Of a stretch of 64,000 nt of DNA, positions 10,753-20,427 are shown piece after piece. Position 1 is the stretch's first letter. The number at the start of each line of letters is the position of its first letter. A program made the position numbers and the translations under genes. Origin of the DNA: Promethearchaeota archaeon (lineage in GTDB: Archaea > Asgardarchaeota > Lokiarchaeia > Sigyniarchaeales > SOKP01); assembly GCA_019057795.1 (NCBI GenBank), contig JAHLWS010000022.1:13729-77728 (forward strand), read 5' to 3'. Below the pieces are notes generated by a model. The model saw only the letters and a program-made list of their open reading frames with translations, searched no databases and had not been told where the DNA came from.

Positions 10753-12252
10753 TTATTTTTTATCTTTAGGTGTCAATTTATAGGTTTTTGAAAAAACTTT
10801 TCCAAACGCATCAGTTGAGGCCTCTACTAACACATTTCCATAAATTATTTCGTTATCTTCAGTTTCTAAGGGATATCCTATCTCAACAGTTTCATAAGGG
10901 AATAATTCTCTAATATTAGTTATCCAAGGTCTCTTTTCAAACAATTCTTCGACTGTAGCAATTCTGATTTTGATGTCTTCTAAAAGATAACCTATAGTGT
11001 TAGTTAACGAGATTTTTAATATTTTTTCTTCTTCTTTTACATCTTTAGATACGCGCAAGAATTTTCTAGTCCCGAGCGTTTTCGTAGTAGGTTTCTCTTC
11101 TTCAGGTTTAGTCTCAATTTTCGGTCCCTCTTTCTCGATAGGCTCTCTAACGATGAAGATCTTACGTTTTTGAATGTTGTATTGAGAAACTTTTTTAAGT
11201 TTAGCCAGAAACAATACTGCGTTCAAATTTATAGCGTTATAAGGTTCAATTTTAAGATATCCTTTTTTAGCAGCATCTTCCACAATCTCAGATCCAATTC
11301 CGGTTCTTGCAAATACTGTGTTTTTGTTTGCCCCACTACCTACTGAGCCAACAGAAATATCCGCATTTTCGGCGGTCAGATCTGTACAAAAATTACAACT
11401 TGGAGCTTTAAACTTATGTAATTGTTTGATGGAATATGATTTTACTGGTTCTCCCTTAGGGTTATAATATATGTGAAACTTTCCTTTACTGATATCCATT
11501 TTAACTACTTTTTTTAAGTCAATCCCATCTTTTTCGAAAAAGGGATAAAGTGCTTCTGGAGCGAAAGAATCCATACAGAACAAACCTATTTTAAGAATGT
11601 GAGCGCGCATAAAATATTTTAACATTCCCGAAGGAGAACTCATCATCTTATCCACGGCATCGATATTACAAGGCGTACCAACAAAAGCTATTGATCTATA
11701 ATCTTGTCGTATAGCATCCATTAATGATTCGACAGTTTGAGTGTGACAGTAAATCGAACCGGAAGCTTTTATAGCGTCCTCTTTACTGGTAATTATCTGA
11801 GAAACGGGATGCCACGGATCACTAGGATCCTTCATTGCAACGATTGCAGCATCAATTAAATGTTCCTCAAATAAATAAATTAGCAAAGAGGTCACAGTTC
11901 CTCCATCTTGACCCCCTATGACTTCTGGTATATCTGTATTCGCTACATATCCTGTCTTGAATTCTCCCATTAATTGAACCGGATCCGTGATTGTGCGGGG
12001 ACATTGGTTATAACAGATCCCACACCCAGTGCATTTCCCTATTAATTTGGGCTGCCCAGCTATAGCGTCCCACTCGAGAACTGGACAAACTGCGGCACAT
12101 GTCCCGCATTCCGTGCATATTCCTGTTCTTACAATTTCCTTCATAAGCATGCCAAACGAGTCTTTCTTTCCCTCGAGTTTTTTTTGAATATAATCGAAGG
12201 AATAATCGTATTGAGTAGCAGTTTGCTCTTTTTCCGTTTGATTCTCAGTCAT
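10753..12252 (-). CDS. Coenzyme F420 hydrogenase/dehydrogenase beta-subunit (FrhB/FdhB family) with C-terminal extension
   Basis: Two CxxCxxCxxxCP motifs, QDGG.VTSLL, VGTPC, IGLFC, C..C.D.TAENADISVG. Confidence 0.88.
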   Translation of the reverse strand: MTENQTEKEQTATQYDYSFDYIQKKLEGKKDSFGMLMKEIVRTGICTECGTCAAVCPVLEWDAIAGQPKLIGKCTGCGICYNQCPRTITDPVQLMGEFKTGYVANTDIPEVIGGQDGGTVTSLLIYLFEEHLIDAAIVAMKDPSDPWHPVSQIITSKEDAIKASGSIYCHTQTVESLMDAIRQDYRSIAFVGTPCNIDAVDKMMSSPSGMLKYFMRAHILKIGLFCMDSFAPEALYPFFEKDGIDLKKVVKMDISKGKFHIYYNPKGEPVKSYSIKQLHKFKAPSCNFCTDLTAENADISVGSVGSGANKNTVFARTGIGSEIVEDAAKKGYLKIEPYNAINLNAVLFLAKLKKVSQYNIQKRKIFIVREPIEKEGPKIETKPEEEKPTTKTLGTRKFLRVSKDVKEEEKILKISLTNTIGYLLEDIKIRIATVEELFEKRPWITNIRELFPYETVEIGYPLETEDNEIIYGNVLVEASTDAFGKVFSKTYKLTPKDKK

Positions 12253-12379
12253 AGTTAATTACTCATCAAAAACTCTGTATTAGTTTAATTTATTTGTTTG
12301 TAGATCTATGTAATGGAAATGGATTACTAATAATAAAATTTATTAAAAAAATCGCTTGCTTTCGATTAAAAAAAACGAT

Positions 12380-13981
12380 TTATTCTGCGTTTTCAAGTTC
12401 CAGTTTCTCTTCTATATGTTTAATTGCGTTGCTAGCATGAATGCGAACTATTCTGGGAAAATCGTTCACTCTTGCGAGTAAGGCACTCAAAGCGTGTTCT
12501 TCTCCAAATATTTCTAAAAATTTGATTAAACCTACTTTAACTTTGAAATTTTCGTCATCACTTCTTTTTAGGTAATCTATTATAATTGCTACATCTTTGT
12601 TTAAAGTATGTTTTAATTCTACATCATCATCTTTTACTTTATACCAATTTCTTTGAAAAATGTTATAGATGGCATCTATTGCTACTTTTTTTATAAGCCA
12701 GTATGATTCAGAGTTCTCTAAAACTTCTATTAGGTCGCCAATTGGTTCAATCTTTCCTATTTTTCCAAGAGCGATGATTGTGTTTTTTTTAACGTCTAAA
12801 TTTCTAATCTTTAATAAACTTCTTAGTGGTTTGACAAATTCCTCATTTCCAATTTCTCCCAAAATAAATGCAATGCTTTCTTTGATCGTATCGTTATCAG
12901 AATTTAAATACGAAAATAAGGAGTCGTAACTAACATTTTTATTACTCAGATAAATTTTTTTTATTGCATCTATTATGTAAAGCTTCATATCCAAATCGGT
13001 ATACTCGAAGCTAATATCTTCTATGTCCAATATGCCTAGCATTTCTGGTACTGCCGACAGGTCCCCGATCTCTCCCAAAGCTTCAATTGTAGCTATACTT
13101 ACTTCGTTATACATATTGTCTAAATTCTGTGTTAAGAAATCTACAGCATCTATTAACTTTAATTTTCCAGTAAGGGCTATAGCATTCTTTTTGACGATAA
13201 AATCGTCGCTCAGTAATAATCTAATTACATCTTGATTAATATCTGGGCCTAATAATTTTAGAATCGAAACCGCAGAATCCATTAATTCAGGATCTAATTC
13301 TTTTAAAATTCGTGTAATTTCATTTAATATAAGCTGTTTATTTTGATTCAAATTAGAGATAACTTCTGGATACTTAACTTTTAGATAACTAATATCCTCA
13401 AAAGAAACGTTAATGCTCGACAATTCGTATCCTATAAGTTTAATTATCTCTGATTTGTGTTCATTCGAGATGTTTTCACTTTTTAAAAAACTCAACAACG
13501 ATTTTATTAGAATTTCTGGACCTATACTTAATAATTGGTTTTTGACAAAATCTTTAATAGAATTATAATGTGAATCTAATTCGTTGATAAAAAGGTTTAT
13601 CTGAGGTTCTTCGAATTTTATTTTCTTTATAGCTTTCAAAACAGATAATTTAACATCAATATTATCCAATTTCTGTTCCAATATCCACATCAATGGCTTT
13701 AGAGCTTTTTCAAACCTCAATTTACCTAAAGCCTTCGCAGCTTCGCATTTAATTTCAATACCATCTTCAGATATTAAAACATTTTCTAACGTAGTAAAGC
13801 ATTCTTTCTTCAGCGAGGGAACTTCCCTACTTACTAATCCTAAATATTTTACCGCTCCTGTCCTTTTACCGTAATTCTTTTCAGTTTCAACAATATCAGT
13901 TAACAATTTAACTGAATTTTCTAATCCAAATTCCTCCCTTTTGTTAAAAATTTCTTGCGGTGAAGGTTTTGGATCAAACAT
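12380..13981 (-). CDS. HEAT-repeat (PBS lyase-like) protein
   Basis: Repeated A..ALG.IG...A...L units. Confidence 0.85.
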   Translation of the reverse strand: MFDPKPSPQEIFNKREEFGLENSVKLLTDIVETEKNYGKRTGAVKYLGLVSREVPSLKKECFTTLENVLISEDGIEIKCEAAKALGKLRFEKALKPLMWILEQKLDNIDVKLSVLKAIKKIKFEEPQINLFINELDSHYNSIKDFVKNQLLSIGPEILIKSLLSFLKSENISNEHKSEIIKLIGYELSSINVSFEDISYLKVKYPEVISNLNQNKQLILNEITRILKELDPELMDSAVSILKLLGPDINQDVIRLLLSDDFIVKKNAIALTGKLKLIDAVDFLTQNLDNMYNEVSIATIEALGEIGDLSAVPEMLGILDIEDISFEYTDLDMKLYIIDAIKKIYLSNKNVSYDSLFSYLNSDNDTIKESIAFILGEIGNEEFVKPLRSLLKIRNLDVKKNTIIALGKIGKIEPIGDLIEVLENSESYWLIKKVAIDAIYNIFQRNWYKVKDDDVELKHTLNKDVAIIIDYLKRSDDENFKVKVGLIKFLEIFGEEHALSALLARVNDFPRIVRIHASNAIKHIEEKLELENAE

Positions 13982-14086
13982 AATAGAATAAGATTTAATT
14001 TTAACAAGTAAATTATTTTTTTCTTGATTATTTACATTTTAGGTTATTAGCTTATAAAAATATTTTCAATTTAATTGCATCTAAGT

Positions 14087-14767
14087 CTATATAAAATTAC
14101 CAAAAAAATACTCCATAGATAGATTCCTTGCTTCTTTTATATGACGATTTACAGCAGATTCTGATATTTTGAAATGTTTTGCTATTTGAATTGCACTAAT
14201 TTTTTTTGGTGATTTAAAAAATCCATTTTTAGCGGCGTAAGAAGCAACCTCTTGTTGTCTTTTTGTAAAATTAGGGAAAGGAATAGCGGACTTCCAAATG
14301 GTTTCATCAACGCGATCCATTTTATCTAAATCGGTCATTCCAATGATTTGATAATTTTCTGTAAATGAGGAAATAACTTTGAATAACTGCTTAATGTATT
14401 CATTTTGAGATATTAAATTAATTAATAGACGTTCCTGTGAAATATGAATAGGAAATAGAAAAGCCCACGGTCCAGAATCAACAATCGGAAAAAATCCCGA
14501 AGTATTATTCTGATTCATAATGCAAATTATCTCGTTTCCAGTTTGATTTAATAAATGAAAAGATTGAGGATTAAACTTATTTTTAATAAATTCTTCCAAG
14601 TTCGTTATTGTATTTGGCTTAAATCGTATTCGCTGAAGAGCAAAGAAGTGGTTTTGGTCGTACTGGAAAGCGTTTAAAATTTCGATAAATTCGAGATTTT
14701 GTAATAAATCAGCAAACCCCACATATTCTAAAAAATTTCCCGGTATTTGTAATCGTATAATTTTCAT
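14087..14767 (-). CDS. Transcriptional regulator with C-terminal Bat-type (HTH_10) helix-turn-helix
   Basis: TKRQQEV...A...GFF..PKKIS...IAKHFKISESAVNRHIKEA. ATG at 14767 preferred. Confidence 0.82.
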   Translation of the reverse strand: MKIIRLQIPGNFLEYVGFADLLQNLEFIEILNAFQYDQNHFFALQRIRFKPNTITNLEEFIKNKFNPQSFHLLNQTGNEIICIMNQNNTSGFFPIVDSGPWAFLFPIHISQERLLINLISQNEYIKQLFKVISSFTENYQIIGMTDLDKMDRVDETIWKSAIPFPNFTKRQQEVASYAAKNGFFKSPKKISAIQIAKHFKISESAVNRHIKEARNLSMEYFFGNFI

Positions 14768-14830
14768 TAAATTAAAACTCTGTACGAGTAATTTTTTCTT
14801 TAATTTGAAGTATAAATCCACATTATTATA

Positions 14831-14846
14831 TGTTGCGATCGCAACA
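14831..14846. promoter_or_regulatory. Perfect 16-bp palindrome, candidate operator between the divergent regulator and SDR genes
   Basis: TGTTGCGATCGCAACA is its own reverse complement and is GC-rich within an AT-rich intergenic region. Confidence 0.6.
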
Positions 14847-14945
14847 ATTTAACTCTTTAGTAGGTATTAATTCTTTTTATATAGGGATTTTGTTTTATTT
14901 TTAAATTATAAAAAAATTAAATTTAAGGTTAAAGGGGAGAATTAT

Positions 14946-16091
14946 ATGAATGTTTTATTAACAGGTGCTTTTGGAAATGTTGGATTAAGTACTTTAAAAG
15001 AATTACTAAATAAAGATTATAACGTTAGAGTATTTGAAGTATATAACCGGAAAAATAGAAAATTAGCTAAAAAATTCAAAAACAAGATTGATATTGTTTG
15101 GGGCGACCTTAGAAATAAAGACGACGTGGAAAGCGCAGTTAAAGAACAAGATGTTATTATTCATTTAGCAGCCATTATTCCACCGCTAGCAGATGTCAAC
15201 ACAAGCTTAGCTGAATCCGTAAATGTTGGAGGAACTAAAAATTTGCTCAATGCTATAAAAAATCAAGCCCAAAAACCAAAATTAATTTTTACTTCTTCAA
15301 TTGCCATTTATGGAGATAGACTAGATAACCCAATGATTAAAACTACTGACATCCTTGCTCCAAGTCGCGGAGATTATTATGCTTTGACCAAAATTACGGC
15401 GGAAAAATTGATAAGGAAATCGGGTGTAGATTTTGCAATATTTAGATTAACATATATTACTTCAGTAAACAAATTGAATATGGATCCATTGATGTTCCAT
15501 ATGCCTTTAGATACTTCAATCGAAATTTGTGATACTAAAGATGTCGGACTAGCGCTTGCTAACGCTGTTGAGTGCGATGAGGTATGGGGCGATACGTTCA
15601 ATCTAGCTGGTGGAGAAAGATGTAGAATAACTTATAGAGAGTACCTTAATGATATGATGGAAATTTTTGGGTTAGGTCAAAATTTTTTACCTGAAGAAGG
15701 ATTTGCTGAGAAAGACTTTCATTGTGGCTTTTGCGACACCCATAAGTCCGAAAACCTATTACATTACCAAAGACACACGCTTCAAGATTATTATAAAGAA
15801 GTTGAAAAAAAAGTACGAGCGAAAAGACGTTTTGTGCCAATGGTTAAATGGATAATTCGATTAAATCTCTTAAAAAAATCGGAATTTTACAACAGGTTTA
15901 AGTTTTTTAAGAAAAAAGCTGGAGCTTTTACTATCTCGGAAAATAAATTAATTAGAAAAATCCTTTCAAACAATTTCAATAGGATAGAACTATTAGAAAG
16001 AAAAATCGAAAAGTTAGAAGAGTTAACTTCTGAATTAGTCGAAAAAAGAAGTTTATTAATATCCACGAATCAAAGTCAATCAATAAGCTAA
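14946..16091 (+). CDS. NAD-dependent epimerase/dehydratase (extended SDR)
   Basis: TGAFGNVG, HLAA, TSSIAIYG, YALTK catalytic YxxxK. Confidence 0.9.
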   Translation: MNVLLTGAFGNVGLSTLKELLNKDYNVRVFEVYNRKNRKLAKKFKNKIDIVWGDLRNKDDVESAVKEQDVIIHLAAIIPPLADVNTSLAESVNVGGTKNLLNAIKNQAQKPKLIFTSSIAIYGDRLDNPMIKTTDILAPSRGDYYALTKITAEKLIRKSGVDFAIFRLTYITSVNKLNMDPLMFHMPLDTSIEICDTKDVGLALANAVECDEVWGDTFNLAGGERCRITYREYLNDMMEIFGLGQNFLPEEGFAEKDFHCGFCDTHKSENLLHYQRHTLQDYYKEVEKKVRAKRRFVPMVKWIIRLNLLKKSEFYNRFKFFKKKAGAFTISENKLIRKILSNNFNRIELLERKIEKLEELTSELVEKRSLLISTNQSQSIS

Positions 16092-16402
16092 ATTTATTAA
16101 TCCTCTTGATATAGATTCCTCTTCAAATACTCTTTTTATAACAAAATTTTTATTACTATCAAAAATTTCCATAGTAACTATTTTCGGTTTGGTGCTTATT
16201 TTACTAATTGCGTTATTAAAATTAACTTATACCGCTAAATAGAAAATAATTTAATATAAATAACATAAGAAATAAAATAACCAATAAATTAAATAAAAAA
16301 AATTAAATCTTTCGATATTAGAAGGAGTAAATGTATCGAAAATTAATTGACAACTAAATAGAAATTCAAAATTGTAAAATTTGAGGTGGAGTAAGAAAGA
16401 AA

Positions 16403-18343
16403 ATGGAAAAATCTGAAAATCATCGGATTGGATACTATGCATGCCAGTGAGGTATAAATATACGTAGTAAAGTTGATTGCGACGAGTTAGTACAATTTGC
16501 CAAAGGTTTAGATGATGTAGTTATTTCAAAAACTCATTCCTTTCTATGAACCGAAAGCGGTCAAAACGAGATAATCAAAGACATAGAAGAAAAAGGATTA
16601 AATTGCATCGTAGCTTCTGCTTGAACGCCTAGGACACACGAACCAATTTACAGGGCAACGCTTGCTAAGACCGCTGTGAATCCTTACTTTTTTCAAATGG
16701 TTAACGTAAGAGAGCATTGTTCTTGGTGTACTGAAGATAACGAAGAAGCACTAGAAAAAGCAAAAATCTTGGTTAAAGGCGGAGTTAATAGAGCATTAAG
16801 TTTAGAAGTTGTCCCTGTAAGAACAGTTCCCGTTGAAAAAGCAACCTTAGTTGTTGGCGGAGGAATAGCTGGGATGAACGCCGCGTTAGACCTAGCAAAT
16901 GGAGGGATAAAAGTTTATTTAGTCGAAAAAAATACCACAATCGGGGGAAGAATGTCTCAGTTAGATAGAACCTTCCCAACCGACGATTGTTCGATTTGAA
17001 TTTGCGGACCCAAAATGCTTGAAGTCAATCGCCACGAAAATATCGAGATTCTTAGCTATAGCGAAGTTAAGAAGGTTGAAGGGTATGTTGGAAATTATAA
17101 AATCACCGTTGAGAAGAAGCCACGTTTCATAAATATCGATTGTAATGGTTGTGGTGCCTGTTCTGAAGTGTGTCCGGTATATACTTCGAACTATTTTGAC
17201 GAAAATTTAGGAGTAAGAAAAGCAATAGATATAGCGTTTGGACAAGCAGTACCTTTTTTGTACGACATTAATAGAGATGTATGCGTTGAATGTTTTAGTT
17301 GTGTGGAAGCTTGTGAGTTAGATGCCATTGACTTCAGTCAAGTGCCTGAAGAAGTTATGTTTAATGTAGGAACGATAATAATCGCAACTGGATGGGATAT
17401 TTACGAACCATATGGAGAATACGGATACGGAAAGTTCGAAAACGTGATTCAACAAGCCCAACTTGAAAGAATCTTAGCACCGAATGGTCCATTAGAAGGA
17501 CATGTTCATAGAATTTCGGACGCCAAAAAACCTAAAGAAATTGTGTTTATTCAATGCGTAGGAAGTCGTGACACGGAAAGACCTTATTGTAGTGGCGTTT
17601 GTTGTATGTTATCGTTGAAAAACGGAAAATTGCTTAAAGAAGAATTTCCGGACGCGAATATTACCATCTGCTACATAGATATAAGAACAAACGAAAAAGG
17701 ATTCGAAGAATACTATCAACGAGCTAAAGATTCTGATATCAGGATGATCCGGGGAAAGGTTGGCGAAATTACTGAAGATCCAGAGACTAAAAATGTAAAT
17801 GTTCGAGTTTATTCGTCATTGACTGACGAAATCATTAAAATTAGTGCGGATTTAGTCATTCTATCTACAGCTGCATTACCATCAAAAGGTACGGACCAAA
17901 TAGCTAAAGTATTAAACTTAGATGTCGATAGAAACGGTTTTTTAACAGAAGCTCACTTTGGACTAATGCCACAAGAGACTAAGACTAAGGGAATCTTTAT
18001 AGCTGGGTTTGCTCAAGGACCAAAAAATATTGCGTATTCGGTTTCTCAAGCAAGAGCTGCTGCGAGCAAGGTAGCTGAATTAACTTCTCCTGGAGAAGTA
18101 GACATTGAACTAATAACTGCTGAAGTTAATAACGAGCTGTGTATTTCGTGTAAAAGGTGCGAAAAAGCATGCCCTAAAAACGCAATAACGGTTGTTGGCG
18201 ACGAAGTGGCTATTGTTGACGAGATTAACTGCGACGGGTGTGGTATTTGCGCTACTTGTTGCCCCACTCATGCGATTGACATAAGATGCTATCGAGATTA
18301 TCAATTATTTACTGAAATTGATGGAATCTTAGAAGGAGGTTAA
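16403..18343 (+). CDS. hdrA: Heterodisulfide reductase subunit A, selenoprotein with four in-frame UGA (Sec) codons, 646 aa
   Basis: One frame from ATG 16403 to TAA 18343 with TGA at 16448 (ACQ-U-GINI), 16547 (FL-U-TESGQ), 16622 (ASA-U-TPRTHE) and 16997 (DDCSI-U-ICGPKM). These match CHCGINI, YSCSSDSQ, ASCTPRTHE and DCSLCILAPKM in the Cys paralog at 22814. GGGIAG FAD motif and ferredoxin motifs present. Confidence 0.93.
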
Positions 18344-18348
18344 ACGAA

Positions 18349-18807
18349 ATGGATGATAATTACAAAATTCTAATGTTTGCGTGTTTAAAGTGAGGCTACT
18401 CGGCTGCTGACTTAGCTGGTGTTTCTCGCATGAAATATACGGCGTCGGTAAAGATTATAAAGGTAAGATGTACTGGAAGAGTCGATGTAAAACACATCCT
18501 ACATAGCATAAATGCTGGAGCTGATGGAGTTATGGTCGTAGGATGACGGCCAAATGAATGTCAGTTCAAAAATGGCAATTTTACGGCTCAAAGGCACATT
18601 GATTTAGCAAATAGAATCCTAGACTCTAGAGGATTCGGCAATCAAAGAATTAACATGTACTGGTTAAGTGGAGCAGAAGCAGATAAACTTGTAAAAAGCG
18701 TTGAGGATGCTTACGAAAAAGTAAAAAGATCTGGACCCAATCCTTTAAAAAGCATGGATATTACGAAAGCAAAACAAAAAACATTAACTACTCCCATAGA
18801 AGAATGA
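18349..18807 (+). CDS. mvhD: Hydrogenase iron-sulfur subunit MvhD/VhuD, selenoprotein with two in-frame UGA (Sec) codons, 152 aa
   Basis: Absent from the ORF track. MDDNYKILMFACLK-U(18391)-GYSAADLAGVSR...VRCTGRVD...GADGVMVVG-U(18544)-RPNEC... matches CCNWCSYAGADLAG and GADGVLITGCHIGDC of the Cys paralog at 25920. Ends at TGA 18805-18807. Confidence 0.93.
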
Positions 18808-18860
18808 TTCTTATAAAAAAAATTTAGTTATAAGATGACTTACCTTGCGAAGGAGGGAGT
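18790..18860 (+). promoter_or_regulatory. Eukaryote-like SECIS element (Lokiarchaeota type)
   Basis: AUGAU (18804-18808), helix UCUUAUAA (18809-18816), loop AAAAAAUUUAG, UUAUAAGA (18828-18835), UGAC (18836-18839). This gives a tandem G.A/A.G quartet, a perfect 8-bp helix and an A-rich apical loop. Basal helix ACUCCC (18790-18795)/GGGAGU (18855-18860). Confidence 0.85.
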
Positions 18861-18918
18861 TTAATAATAATTTAATTTGTTAAAATGTGTATTAAATAAA
18901 TAGGTAAATGAAGGAAAT

Positions 18919-20427
18919 ATGGTTCAAGTTGTAAATAGCAAGTTATTTAAGGGAACTTCTCCCAAAGACTTAATGGAGGCTACTTATCAAGCTTCTAGAA
19001 ACTTTCAAGTAAGAGCTTTCTTTGAAGCAAAAGAAGAGATCTTGAAAGTAGGTAAATTTTCTGAAAACGAATTTTACGAAATCCTAGATGCTATGATAGA
19101 TGCCGAAACTGAGCGAAAATTAGTACTGAAAGAATTAAAGGGTAATAAGCCGTTATTTTTAGAAGAAATTGTAAAGATAGTTAAAGATTTCCCTCCTGAA
19201 AATGTTATTAGAGACATTATTTATTTAAAAGAACAAGGGTATGTTCAGGAACATGTGGAAATCAAGACTAAAACGGTAATAAAAAAAATCAAGGGAGAAG
19301 AAAAAGAAGTTGAAGTAAAAGAATTCTTTTATAGGTACCAAGTAAGGGATTTACCAGACGATTTTATTGAGCACTACTTTGAACCTGTTTCTATAGTTTT
19401 TAACGCGGGAGTCTGTTGTCAATGTGGATGGTGTTCTGCGATCTGTCCTGTAAACGCCATTGTAGTGACGGCAGACACTCTTGAAATTGACGAAGATATC
19501 TGCATGAAATGTGGTTTGTGTTTTTCGGTCTGTCCTCGTTCCTTTTCGATAGACCAAGCTAACGAAAGCATTAAAAAGTTAGACAAATCTTTAAAATGGT
19601 CTGACAAAACTGGAGCTTATATTAACGCTTACTCAGCATCAACGACCAAAGATGATATTAAGAAAGTTCGTCAAGATGGTGGTATTGTAACTTCTATCTT
19701 GGAATATCTTTTAGAAAATAATCTTGTTGATGCAATTGTAGCTGTGCAGCATTCTGAAGAATTGTGGAGACCAGAACCTGTAATAGTAGATAATGTGAAA
19801 GATTTATATAAAACGGGTGGAACTAAATATGCAAACTCGCCGTCTTTAACCATCATAGATCAATGTAAGAAATACGAGAAGATAGCTTTCGTTGGGGTGC
19901 CTTGCATGATGAAAGCTATAGAAAAGGGGACTATGTTTCCAAGTGGGTTACCATTTTTTAAAAATATTAAATACAAGATCGGGCTTTTTTGCATGGAATC
20001 ATTTCCTTACGATGGAATAATTAATTTAGCTAAAGATCAGTTTAATAAGGACATAAATGAACTAATCAAAATGAATATTGGAGGCGGTAAATTTATAATA
20101 AATTTGAAATCTGGAGAGCAAATGGATGTACCCCTTAAAGAAGTGAAAAAATACGCGCGCGATAATTGTCATTTTTGTGAAGATCTAACGTCAGATTACG
20201 CCGACATTTCTGTAGGATCAATTGGGTCGCAAGATGGATGGTCTTCTGTAATAACGAGATCGAAAGATGCAGATAAACTATATAACGATATAGTTAAAGC
20301 AGGATTAATCGAATCTAAGAGTTTAAAGGATGTAAAGCCCGGGCAATTTCTAGTAGAAAAAATTGGTGGAACTAAACGAAAAAAATGTAAATCAATAAAT
20401 TTGAAAGAGAATCAAGATGAGCACTAA
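18919..20427 (+). CDS. FrhB/FdhB-family F420-binding subunit with N-terminal winged-helix-like extension
   Basis: Two ferredoxin motifs, RQDGGIVT, VGVPC, IGLFCME, CHFCEDLTSDYADISVG. About 150 extra N-terminal residues. Confidence 0.88.
   Translation: MVQVVNSKLFKGTSPKDLMEATYQASRNFQVRAFFEAKEEILKVGKFSENEFYEILDAMIDAETERKLVLKELKGNKPLFLEEIVKIVKDFPPENVIRDIIYLKEQGYVQEHVEIKTKTVIKKIKGEEKEVEVKEFFYRYQVRDLPDDFIEHYFEPVSIVFNAGVCCQCGWCSAICPVNAIVVTADTLEIDEDICMKCGLCFSVCPRSFSIDQANESIKKLDKSLKWSDKTGAYINAYSASTTKDDIKKVRQDGGIVTSILEYLLENNLVDAIVAVQHSEELWRPEPVIVDNVKDLYKTGGTKYANSPSLTIIDQCKKYEKIAFVGVPCMMKAIEKGTMFPSGLPFFKNIKYKIGLFCMESFPYDGIINLAKDQFNKDINELIKMNIGGGKFIINLKSGEQMDVPLKEVKKYARDNCHFCEDLTSDYADISVGSIGSQDGWSSVITRSKDADKLYNDIVKAGLIESKSLKDVKPGQFLVEKIGGTKRKKCKSINLKENQDEH

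Noticed and set aside
16676-18343. ORF-track calls 16676-16999 and 17015-18343 as separate genes, or hdrA as a pseudogene
   Set aside because: They are in the same frame as ATG 16403. All interruptions are TGA at conserved Cys sites, and a SECIS-like element lies downstream. Random decay would not give this pattern.
16403-18807. Genome-wide UGA reassignment (Trp or Gly) as the explanation
   Set aside because: Trp is encoded by TGG in these genes, the UGA sites align to Cys, and TGA is a normal stop elsewhere (for example the genes ending at 7348, 29495 and 56833).
18805-18816. A third Sec at the end of MvhD
   Set aside because: The position is outside the conserved domain, has no Cys counterpart and lies within the SECIS core, so it is treated as the stop.
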